This document shows positions 48,055 to 58,926 of a stretch of DNA of 64,000 bases, piece by piece. The DNA is from Eremomyces bilateralis CBS 781.70. Lineage: Eukaryota. Both the position numbers and the translations under genes were made by a program. The stretch lies in the NCBI GenBank assembly GCA_010015585.1, contig ML975151.1. The stretch is one strand, 5' to 3'. The first letter of the stretch is position 1; each line of letters begins with the position of its first letter. The notes beneath the pieces are model-generated. The model was not told the origin of the DNA, made no database searches, and saw nothing but the letters and a program-made list of their open reading frames with translations.

Positions 48055-50226
48055 ATGCCCCCCTCAAGGGGAGGTCACCCACTGGTGAGAGAAGCACTTC
48101 GACAATCACTTGAGAGGATCGTGAGGCGTCAACAAAGGCTGCGAGATGAGCAGCCAGCCGGAGATCAAAGCATACAGCAAGTCAAAGGGAAAGACAAGCA
48201 AGATGCATCATTAGCAAACCCGACAAGCCCCAAACGTGTACATTTCGATCTCAGCTCACACGAAGACCAGCCCGTTCATCCTCAGCCAGCGAGGCGTCCT
48301 CCGCCGGCGATGCGAGAACGCATCAGCTGCACCCACGGGACCTTCGTACTCAACTTTTCGTCTGCGTGTAGCGAATGTGGTCAACCGCCCGGGGCTGGCG
48401 CTGTCTTTGTCTGCTCAGAAGATGCGAACGATGAGGCCATTATGGAAGGGCGAAGGACCGGAGAGGTGTACAAAGGTATCGTCGACCCGCCTCCGGAATT
48501 GACCAGTATCGGCATCAGTCCGTGGATAGTCGAGGCGGCTGTCGCCGGCCAATATACGCAAAAGCAGCTCAATCGCATCGTGGCACAGAGACTCAATGTC
48601 ATTGAGACTTGTAGAGCCGATGAGTCGGAGGAGGTGCTGGAATATCTTGAGGAACCCCGTCAAACGCGATCTCGGTCCAACTTTCATCGGTTCAGCATTA
48701 TTCATTATTCTAAGGACGAGATGGCACAAAACGAACCGATGGATGATCGCAACACTGAACAATCGGAGAACATTACGACGATTGAACGAATCCTCGCCCG
48801 AGATGGCTCAATTGAGTCCGAGCTGAGTCGTGGTAAAGACAAAGCCCCAGTCGGTCACGGACACGAGGAACAATATTCCATGGTACCTCCGTTACGGCCG
48901 CCCCCTTGCTCATTTCGTGTCTGTGGATCGTGCGGTGGACATCATCTAGGGGAGAAAATGTTCGGTTCCATTGATGCCATTGTGAACGGTGACCATGCGC
49001 CTCTGAGTCAACACGATATCGATCAGCTGCCAGTGGCCCCGTTGGCATCTGTACTAAATCTTGGCCTTAGAACGCCGCCGAGCGCTCTTCAAACGTCCAC
49101 TGATGAATCAGGAGACCGATCATCCACCTCTGAATCCACTTCGTCGGAGAGTTTCTCGGAGGACTCCGATGAGTCTGATGAGGGGAAGGACACAAACAAC
49201 AACGACGGTGACAACGACGATGATAACGACGATGACAACGACGATGACAACGGCGATGACAACGGCGATGACAACGATAACCGACCTGGACGAAGTGAAG
49301 GCTCCAGGCACCGTAGCTCCACTGCTTCATTTGCTGTTGCTTTTCGCGCCAACTCCGCGTCTCTCATTCACATCAACAATCCCACAGGCCACCACACAAG
49401 CAGTCCTGAACTTCCATCATCGCATCCATCCGGTGATCTGAACGAAGAATCCTATCCTGCGTCTTCCCAAACATGTGAAAAAGCGCTTTCTGCTCTTGAA
49501 TTTCCTCAACTCGACATGGATCCTCTCACTCCTCGAACGCCCATAACCCCCAAGAGCACCGAGACTCCTCAAACTCCCATAACCCCTAAGGGTACGGAGA
49601 CTCCTCAACCACCCATGCCTCCGTTGCCTCCTTATGACAGTGAAGAAGACGTCGTCTGGAACCGTGCCAAGCCGGTCGAGCACAAGCGCTATTACGACAA
49701 TGGCACCTATTTCCACGGGACCTATCACAAACCTTTCAAGCTGTCCGATATCCCGCGCCGTGCTGCATCCCTCGTCGGGGTCAGTGGCGCCATGTCTCCC
49801 AAAGCCATGCTCGACCGTGCGAAAATTACCCACCCCAAGAAACCGATGGACTCTATGAATCTTCCGAATGGAACCATCCTCCACAGCGACGCACCTCCGT
49901 CCCGATCAGCCTCTCTCACTTCAAACGGAGAGGGCAGCTCCAACCCCAATCCTGAACAGGACACGAAGACCGGTCGGGCTGGTCGATCCTATACTCCGGA
50001 AAGCTTCATCGCTCGTACCGAGTCCTCCGCCGGTTCTCATCGAGGGCTTGATAGGAAGCACAGCATTAGCAGCGTTGCCTCTTCCTTGAAACGCATAGTG
50101 AGTGGAGCCAAGCGGTCTAGGTCTTTCGAAGTCGTTCGCAGAGGTGGTGGGCTGAACTCCCCTAACGCGTACCAACCTTATCAACATGATCAGTTCCCGA
50201 GAGGACGCCAAGCGAGCCATCCATGA
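48055..50226 (+). CDS. Hypothetical protein with split Cys/His (possible Zn-binding) motifs and low-complexity tail
   Basis: 723-aa ORF. CTH..CSECG..FVCSED and PPPCSFRVCGSC; (NDDD/NGDD)n repeat at ~49195-49280; duplicated TPITPKxTETPQ. Confidence 0.72.
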   Translation: MPPSRGGHPLVREALRQSLERIVRRQQRLRDEQPAGDQSIQQVKGKDKQDASLANPTSPKRVHFDLSSHEDQPVHPQPARRPPPAMRERISCTHGTFVLNFSSACSECGQPPGAGAVFVCSEDANDEAIMEGRRTGEVYKGIVDPPPELTSIGISPWIVEAAVAGQYTQKQLNRIVAQRLNVIETCRADESEEVLEYLEEPRQTRSRSNFHRFSIIHYSKDEMAQNEPMDDRNTEQSENITTIERILARDGSIESELSRGKDKAPVGHGHEEQYSMVPPLRPPPCSFRVCGSCGGHHLGEKMFGSIDAIVNGDHAPLSQHDIDQLPVAPLASVLNLGLRTPPSALQTSTDESGDRSSTSESTSSESFSEDSDESDEGKDTNNNDGDNDDDNDDDNDDDNGDDNGDDNDNRPGRSEGSRHRSSTASFAVAFRANSASLIHINNPTGHHTSSPELPSSHPSGDLNEESYPASSQTCEKALSALEFPQLDMDPLTPRTPITPKSTETPQTPITPKGTETPQPPMPPLPPYDSEEDVVWNRAKPVEHKRYYDNGTYFHGTYHKPFKLSDIPRRAASLVGVSGAMSPKAMLDRAKITHPKKPMDSMNLPNGTILHSDAPPSRSASLTSNGEGSSNPNPEQDTKTGRAGRSYTPESFIARTESSAGSHRGLDRKHSISSVASSLKRIVSGAKRSRSFEVVRRGGGLNSPNAYQPYQHDQFPRGRQASHP

Positions 50227-51188
50227 GCTCATGACTTCGCTAATCACCGTTGATGGACTATCACTTTTAAGGTGTCAGGCACTGGACTTCAAGTTTCGCT
50301 AATTCTAACAACACTCGCAACGCCGTGGGTTGCCCTTAGTAAGTCTATACACCGCAGCTGGGCACATTGAACGCTAATGATGCTGATGGAGGTATACACT
50401 GAGATCAAAACCATTCTAGTTCGTCATTACTGAGTCAAGGCCCTCCTTGAAGTGATGGTTTGGCCACTGATGATTAGTTGGAAGATCTTTTTCAGGCAGA
50501 TGTTTGTTCTGTGGTTTGCTCAGGGCATAGGCACTAGTGCAAATGCATCCATCTCACTTTGCACAGTTTGCACGATGCGCAGATAGCGGCAGTGCTTTGC
50601 TCAGGGATCTGGTTTGCTTTGCGCATTCAGTGCTACCACGATGGCACCGATGATGGCAAATGAGTGTGTGAGAGACTGCAAGATAAGAACGCAGTTACTA
50701 CCTTTGGCTGGAAAATGGTTTCTCGAGGAGAAGACGCACACCTCACGGTTTATGAATCATGACGGTATAGATCACGCACTCCTGTATATTAGCTACCCCC
50801 CTTTGCTTCAACCACTCCCTCCTGCCTCTGGCAGTGTCGATAAAAGTTTTCCAAATCAATTTGAATCATCCTCCCTACATAGGACAGTGACCTACGAGTG
50901 ATACAGGCACTGATCGCCAGGCAAAGAGCTCATGACGGTCTCGGGATACGGAAATTGTCTTGTATTTGGTAGCAAAACATCACTGCCCGATGTTCCCATA
51001 TAGACAGTGGCTGGCTATGATCCACGCCATTAAAAACGCCTTACCCGTTCTATTACTTTGCTCCCATGCCCTAGCCCAATGATCCGTCCCAAATCGAATA
51101 GCCATGCGTCCTCGAACTCCTGAAAAATGTAAGACATGATGCAAGCAGCTATACCCCTGCCACACCAGCCACGGACCGATCCACCCCC

Positions 51189-54100
51189 TTAAACCCTATC
51201 CTCCGCAAAATCCAACACGTCACAATCATCCTCAAAGAACCCATCATCCTCATCGTCCCCCTCCCTGTCCGGCCTCCTCCGCCTTCTCCTCGTCGTCACC
51301 ACCACCTGCTCCACGATCTCTTCCCCCCCTTCCGTTCGCGTTACCGTCTTCTCCATCAGTCTCCCCACAGCCCCGTCCCCTCCCTCATCGTCCTCCTCCC
51401 CTCCACGCCCCCCACCGAGTGCCCGCCCCGGTATCGCGAGCTGCGTCTTCGGCAGCGGCTCACCGAACGCCCACGGCTGCGCGTCGTCAAGGTGGTGCGG
51501 GTCGGATCGGTCGGGCGACGACGACGGATCGTGCGCGTGGCTGCGGGAGAACGTGAACAGCGCGACGCGGGAGTCGGTGTGGAAGGGCTGGTAGGGCGGG
51601 TTGGTCTCGATCTCGGCAAAGGAGAGTGGGTGGCGGGTGCGTTGGGCGCGGGAACGCGGGTGGGTGGATGGGATCGGCGACTGAGGAAGGGAAGGTTTGC
51701 CCGGGGCGCGAACACGCCAGATCCCGCGTGGCTGCAGCGTCGGGGTTGGGTCACCGGCGTTACGGGCTGCGAGGATGTCGGCGACGTCGGCGGGGAAGAG
51801 GAGGTCGGGGATGAGGGAAAGGCGGAATTCCAGAGTCTTGGTTTTGGAGATCATGGAGCGCGGCTGGGAGGTTTTGCCTTTGCGCTTGGGTGGGCCTTCC
51901 TTGACGGCGTGGATGTGCACGAGGCCACCCGCGACGACGGCGAGGTAGCCGCGGTCTTTGCCGCTCAACCAGCGGACGGTGCCGGTGCAGTTGGCGCCGG
52001 TGAACGGGCGCGTGTGCAGCTTGTTGTCGCCGGCGTGATAGAGGTTGTGGACCGAGTCCGTGGCCGCGGTGAGGGACTTGCCAAAGCCGGCGGCCACGAC
52101 TTTGCCGCCTTTCGCGCCGGCCCCGGCAGCGGTCGTCATCGAGAGACCACTGATCTTCGGGATGCCGGAACCGCTGCTGAGACTTCGGCCTCGCACTGTG
52201 TCAAGCCACGGCTTGGTTGCGCCGTTGATGGCCTCGAAAGCTGAGCTCATGCGGTTTCGCGAGGACGTTGCTTCGTTAGATTCCGGCTCCTTTATTTTGG
52301 CCGTCTCGATTTCACGTTTGGTTCTTCGAGGTGGCGGCCATTGTAAGGCGCCAGCTGGCAATTCATGCACATGGATGGTGCCTTTCTCCGTCAAAAGAGC
52401 CAGTTTGTCGCCGTTGGGAGCCGACCAAACCACATCCACGACATGTGCAGGCGTCAGCCGTGTGATCCTCATAATCTGCCGAACGTGCGGCCCTGCCGCC
52501 CCCTTGTTGGCCGAAATTAATGTCTTTCCAAATGTCATCCGCATCAAATCCCAGATGAAGCTGTGCTCCCCATTGTGGCTAACCGTGAGGAGTTGGAGCC
52601 CCGTGGGCGAGAACGACAAGAAACTACACCCCTGCGGAGGCATGAACGTGGCCAGTGGCACCAAGGAGTTCTTGACTCTTGACTCTTCCGCATCGAGGAA
52701 CCTTTGCAAGTCGAAGACGGAGACTGGAGCCGGCTCGTTACTTGGATGGGGGGTTTGCGTTGACTGCGCGTGCGTTGGTGGGAAGTACTGCAGCTGCGGA
52801 TCGTGAATGGGACCGGGTGGTTGGCCATTGGGCGGACTCGGTTTATTCCAGTAGCTTTTCCATGCCTGCACACCCTGATCGCCAACCCACTGCGCTCCTT
52901 TGATGATGCCTTTAGCGACTTCCCGGGAAACCCAACCGAACATGGTATCGGCATCCGGCATGTCCACCGCGCACGTTGACGTGGCTTGTGAAGGCGCTGT
53001 ATGGCTTGAAACCCCTGGGGCGTTGGGATTCTCATCGCGAAGCAGGGCATCTCCTTTCAAGGTGAAGAGCGACGAAGACGGTGGAGAAACGACGGCGAGC
53101 CATCGCTCACTGAGTGAGAAAAGTGGCACACTATACTGTACAGCCCCATCTGGGATTTGGGCATTCGCATCGCTCACACTCGAGGCACTTGATTCTCCAC
53201 CCGGCTCGTGTTGTTGTACCGTGGTCCAAAGTTTCCCGATGCAGCGGAAAGCCTGAGACCCGTTCTCAGCCCCATTATTCGGGTAAGAGGAGAATATGAA
53301 CACTTCGCCACTTGTCCCTGAAGCGACCACGACGAATTTTCCTTTCGCGTCGATCCTCAGGTCTCCAATAGGGGGCGGTGCGAGTGGAGTACCGTCTAAA
53401 GAATACGATACCGTTGTACTTGGTGTGCTATACAAGATTGCTATGCGCTCCTGTGAGCTCAAGGAATACACCTCGACGGTGGTTTGGTATGCTGTGATAT
53501 GACCGTTTCGTCCCTCGCGCCGATCTGCCTGGCGACTTGACGAGCGAGACGGATTGGTGTGATCATCTACGTCGACGAGTGGCGAGTCCGTTCCATTCGA
53601 GGTTTCAGGGGGTATCAACGGGTTGTGCAGGATGAGTGCGACAAGCGGTCGATGGCCCTGGCATGGATCCTTGCGGAGAGTCCACGGAAGAATCTTCGCG
53701 CCGACGACTGAGCCTCGCAAGCCATGAATCTGACCGATGAGATCTATGCTCTCTCTGTCGATGCGGTACACGTCCAAGGCGCCCTCATAGCCCACAAGAA
53801 TGACATTCTCGGTGGTCGCCGAAGCCATATCCCCCGCGGTACTCAGAGTGTCGAACCCGCAGTAATACCCATTCTCGCCGGGCTGTAGACCCGTCTCTTG
53901 ACCCAGAGGCTGCCCGAAGTCGATATTGGGGGTTCCATAGAAATGAGCTTGGGGTTCATGGGGAAGCGGTGGTGCACCGTATGAGAGGCGTTGACCCGGT
54001 TGGGAGAACATGGATGCTCGGCGATCCCTACTATCAGGTCGAGGAGACAGAGACATCCGGCCTCCAAAGGTTGTGTACTGGGTGGGATGGCTGAGAGGTC

Positions 54101-54777
54101 TCATTCCCGCTTGGACGGGAGGGGAATGCGAGAAGTTGCCCCCTCCGAACGCCACGCCTTCAATGTTCATGCCTGTTCGATGTCTCGGTGGGGACGGACT
54201 GACGCTCAGCCCGCCGGCATAGCTCTGCGGGTGTCTGTTGGGGCGTACAGGGAGCGGGCTCGTCCACTCGCCTGTGTGGTTTGATGGCGATCGTGGGTTG
54301 TGCACTCCGAGCGAGCTCAGGACTGGGGGCGCCACAGGGTTAAAGCCAGCTTGAGTCAGTGGAGGAGAAGTTCGGGGTGGGCTCGGCGTTGGTTCCGGCG
54401 ATTTGGTCCTGTTAACAACTATCAGCAAGTCCGTCATGGTGACCGCAGCTGGAACGAATTGTGTACGGCAAGGTTTTGCATTCTTTTATCTTTCACGCAG
54501 TGGAGTCAAAGCAGAACAAGAGAAAGTCGCAGTGCAAAGGATTTCTCTTTGAGAATAGTATTCATGAATCGGCACATGAAGAAAGAAGGTCTTACAGCTC
54601 TCGGGGATAAATCCGAGTAACTTTCTCTCCATCTCCATCAGGTCTGCCCGACTCATCCTTCTGGACGGTTCGATCCTCGGGATTATTGTCCACCGACTGC
54701 AGTTTTGCGGCCCTTTGTTGTTGTATGTTTCCTCTCTTTTTCGATTTCCCTTGACCTTTATCAGGCGTGGATGGCAT
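51189..54777 (-). CDS. BCAS3-like / Atg18-related WD40 beta-propeller protein
   Basis: 1082-aa ORF plus upstream exon MPSTPDKG (intron 54595-54409, frame-compatible). VILVGYEGALDVY, FSLSERWLAVV, FLSFSPTGLQLLTVS..G..IWDL, RLTPAHVVDVVWS, LTEKGTIHVH, LSFAEIETN. Confidence 0.75.
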
Positions 54778-56155
54778 TCAAATGAGATCCGTTGGCGTTC
54801 TTTAAGGGACCGTGGGTGGAATGAGTTTGGACGTGCGTCTACCTTCCCGGAGACCAATGTTCGTGGCAGCGGTTATATAGTCGCGGACTACTCGCTGCCA
54901 CGATACAAGTACTGGGGGAAGGTCGTGACTATCTTGTCTGAGACACGGGATGTGATGCAATGCGTCAGACAGTCAGAACTCAGTCCCGTGGCTCGACTGC
55001 GCGTGCTGAGGCGCGGTGGCGCTGTGGTCGTGGTAGAACCGTTGGAAGAGCGGCGAGGAGGACTGCTCTTGATTTCCAAGAGCAGTATATGGGATGGCGA
55101 GAGTGCTCTCCAGGAACGAAGCGACGAAGCGGGGAAGCGGGTGCAGGGTAGCACTTGTTGATATCTACTCTGGTAGTACCTTGGGGTAACGTATGCAGGA
55201 GAATGTGGGATGGAGCTCAAGCAGCGGTATCGTCGTATGGGTGAGGGGTACCGTAGTCGCTGCGATGATCCAGATGTACGTAGCATACAGCTGGTGGGAG
55301 ATGACAGGGTGTAACGTGAAACACAAAGAACCGAGTATAGATGGCTTTGATGAAAGGGCTTCTGAGGTTATATGAATGTGTCAGGGCTACAATGTTAGGG
55401 AGGGGACTTGTGTGTATCTTCAGGTATGAGGTCCGGATGCGGTTGTTGGGTGTGGGGAGAGAGAACCGGAGATATGACACAGACACGTAGATTGCGGTGA
55501 CTTCTTGTGACCAAGTGGCTTGGATGTGGCCGGTAGTGGCGGGTGGCCCCCCAGCTGCCTCCCAGCTGGCACCCCCAGCCGGCGCCCTGGTCAGGTGCTG
55601 AAAGGTGGAAAGACCCTTGATGCCTTGTCGCCTGGTACTGTGACGCAGACGCAGACGTGGTCACGTGGAGGCGTCCTGCTAGCTTACGTCATCTGCATCA
55701 TATTATCACATGCTGTCCGTCGCTCCAGCAGCTCTGAGCCTCCATGTCTGACCCAGCGTAGTTTGGCCTTACTGCCTCAGGCGAATACGGACTATTTCCC
55801 GCCTCCATGCGCCCCTGGCTTTGTAACTTCGTGCTATCTCCTGATCAGTGATCCCTAAGTTAAGCCAATGGAGCACAGTTATGAACTGACAGGTTATCAT
55901 GGATACCTCAAATACTCTGGGATGTAGTTCCTTTCATATAACTTTGACTTCACGTTGATTTCCAATAAATGCAAGGCTCCCATTTTTACTCCAAAAACTG
56001 ATCACGGAGCAAGGCGCCAGCTATCCTTCAGTCAAAGTCCTACGTGGTGTCCTCGATCCAAACACCGCCGCTCTCCCCGGTGACTCGGAGGTGTGACCAA
56101 CTCGAGCAGTAGAGAGTTGAGCCAACAACTACTCCCTATTTCTTAACACTTTCAA

Positions 56156-56223
56156 TACAGTCAACCTTCGCTATAACGCGAATATCGCTGTAGCGGTAAT
56201 CGTTATAGCGGTGGTTGACTGTA
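56156..56223. mobile_element. 64-bp Tc1/mariner-type mini-MITE flanked by TA
   Basis: TA-CAGTCAACCTTCGCTATAACG ... CGTTATAGCGGTGGTTGACTG-TA; the 21-bp TIRs match at 19/21 positions. Confidence 0.8.
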
Positions 56224-56380
56224 ATAATTAACTAGCACCAATCAGGCTTTAAAGCCTTTAGATTTCTAATCAAACATTACTCATCGGCTGTCGCCACTCG
56301 TGCTATTCATGTAGCATATAAAAGACACCATCTGTAAGGAAGGCGGGCGGGGAGGAGGTTAAATAAAGCTTAGGGAAATA

Positions 56381-58427
56381 TCATAAAGTAAGTTCCATGG
56401 TCATAACTCTTCCAGATATATATCCGAAAGCAACAATACCCCCATACACGGCAATGCAATGTGGCCGATACTCGGGAGGAAGCCAAAGAATCTGCTCTGT
56501 ATGGCTACTCACCCAGTGGTCGTTGACAAAGACAGAAGATGGATGTTGTAGACTGGTCACACCTATACCACCAGAGAGAGGCGATAAAATAGGCAAGGAT
56601 CCACGGTGCGAATACGAGGGCACTATAGTACGTCTGAAGGGGAGCCTGCTCGATAGCTGGCCGATTATAGAGGACGAACCGCTTCGCATCACAGATAAAG
56701 CTTGAAATACCAGGGCAATCACTTAGCTAGCCGAAGTGTCAGCGAATGTATTTGACGTACTAGAGGTATACTGATGGAAGTAAACAGCTCTAAAGACGCG
56801 ATAGCATGAGCTCCTTCCGACATCTTCCCCATCCATCCAAGGGCCTTGAGCCAGTGAAGAAGATGCTCCTGTAAGAATTGATGTACTTGATCATTGTCGC
56901 AAAGTCGAGCACCGCTTTTCTAGAGGTGCTGGATCCAGTAAAGACATGCGTACTGGACTTCAGGAGGAGAACATTGTTCAACTCGGCTTCTCTTGACATT
57001 GGCTACAGCCATGCCGGGGGCATCCACGCAACAGATATCTTGCTTGAGTGATGTTGACATAAGCCGTATACAGCTGTCAGCCAACAGTTGATGGGCCTGC
57101 TTCTCGTCCACCCACAAGTCTTGGTTCTTACACCTATCATTGCTGAGGAGGTAGTCCCGAAACGACGGATGGTGAAGACGAAGAGGCTGCTTTTGGTCTT
57201 TCTTTTGGTCTTTCGGAACGTCCAGGACGGAGTGTAGGTCGTTTAACGTCTGGTCGACGGCCTTTTTCTTAATATCAAAGTAATCTGCTCAGGGATAATG
57301 CAGAAAGCGGCATAAGAAGAATAACGATACTGCCAAGGATTTCTCTCAACATGCAAAATGCCTCTTCTTTCTCCTCGTCCGTGTATTCCGGAGCGACGGA
57401 TTGTTTCAGCACAGTCGTATAGATCTCGTCTAGGTGCTTCTCCGGCGCTCTGGGAGCGCTGCCACTGCTCCGAAGAATCGTATTAAGTCTTCTGGTGGCA
57501 AATCGTTTCCCTTCGTAGATAAATCGGCAGGCGGTTGCGGCCCAAATAAGCAACCCATCTGTAAGCTGGATTAGGTGTCTGATATTGTCTTCGCTTGGCC
57601 AGCAGATATCCAGACAGTGCTCCTCTCTAATAAGCTTGAGATGATGCACGAAGAATATAGAGATGTCGTGATCTACAGTTGAGGGTGATATGCTGTGAAG
57701 TACAAAATCCTGGAGATTCGCATTCGGTACCTGACGGATTCCGTATCGGATGTTGTTGTCACCGTCGCCCTCATCGAGCGCATCAACGATAAGTATGTAC
57801 GAGGACTGGCCGCCGTTTTCACCTAGCTTCAATAGTGGACGTAGGATAAGCTGCTGCCACTGGTCACGGAGGGACTGACTCGCAATGTCGCGGCGCTCTA
57901 TGATGGCATCGCAAATGTGCTGTTGAAGAGAGGGTATGTTGTTCGCCAGCTGCCACGCAATGCTCGTGATGAACTTGCCTGCATGGTTGACATCTTCACC
58001 GTCGCGCGAGAAGAAGAAGCTGGCTCCGAGATGCTGCTTATCGAACCGCTTGCGGGCGACAGTGCGCGCAATTGTCGACTTGCCCGTGCCGGCCAAACCG
58101 TTCAACCAGAAAATACAGCGCTAGTCTCGGCCATCAGCCCAGCTATAGATCTTTTGAAGGAGGTCGACGCGGGTATCGGGAAGGCAGGCCGGGTTGTGTT
58201 GTCGCTGGTATGTATTGAACGGCGCATCCTCTGCGGTAGGGAGGGAGTTGAGCACATTGTTCAAGTCTAGATTGCCAGTCAGCTTCCTGCTGCTTTGAGG
58301 CCATTGCCAGCTAAGCACTCTCACTTTCGCTGCTTCCAAAGTTCACAGATCCGTGGATAGTGCCAGCGACAATCCGCAAATTCTGGTTGGCGATCACACC
58401 GCTAATGAGTTGAGCGCTGCTTGACAT
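56381..58427 (-). pseudogene. NACHT-WD40 NLR (NWD/HET-E-like) relic with short N-terminal amyloid-like motif
   Basis: Exon 1 (58427-58325) and intron (58324-58267) lead to LPTAEDAPFN..CLPDTRVDLL..W; P-loop GLAGTGKST; LGASFFFSR; Walker B ILIVDALDE; LRLHHPSFRDYL; LQEHLLHWL; DAKRFVLYNR..IEQAPLQTY; C-terminal ILWLPPEYRP..GRV. Stops at 58121-58123 and 56920-56922, a frameshift near 57277, and internal deletions. Confidence 0.9.
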
Positions 58428-58926
58428 GAGCTTGGAGTAGAGCTCTAGTGACGCTAAGCTTTGCTAGCTGCTGGCTGTTGCTCTCTTCTGGCGCATACTG
58501 CCGTGTACGTATACGTGCGCATGCGAACACCTGGGAGTAATTCAATGTTATACCTAGATGAGGTTCATCCTCAATTAGCGAATGCATTCGCAAGGCTCGC
58601 CAATCAACATTCCTGCCTTGCCGCTGTCCATTGCTGAAGAGCAGCTGTCGCTGCAAAGTAGAGCGGAGCTAACGCCAAGACCATTCCCAGGTCATCAGAT
58701 CAATAATGCCGTCTGAGACTCTGCATGAGTGCTAGTTTTCTCTCCGAACTTCTGAAGTGGAAGGGTCATGGATTCATGATGCTGGAATAGACGCTTGATT
58801 GTTCAGCCTTATCCCTCTGTGTCGAAGGTCGCGATGGACTTTGATCTTATATCGTTCCAATTAACTCTCGTCCCTTCAAGTCCCTTCAAGTCCCTTCAAG
58901 TTCTCAACTCTGAACTCACGCAAACT

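Noticed and set aside
58870..58900. Short tandem repeats (TCCCTTCAAG)x3; also ATTCACAGGAA repeats near 27012-27040 and CTCACCAGCCGC repeats near 19091-19117
   Set aside because: Ordinary slippage repeats with no further structure.
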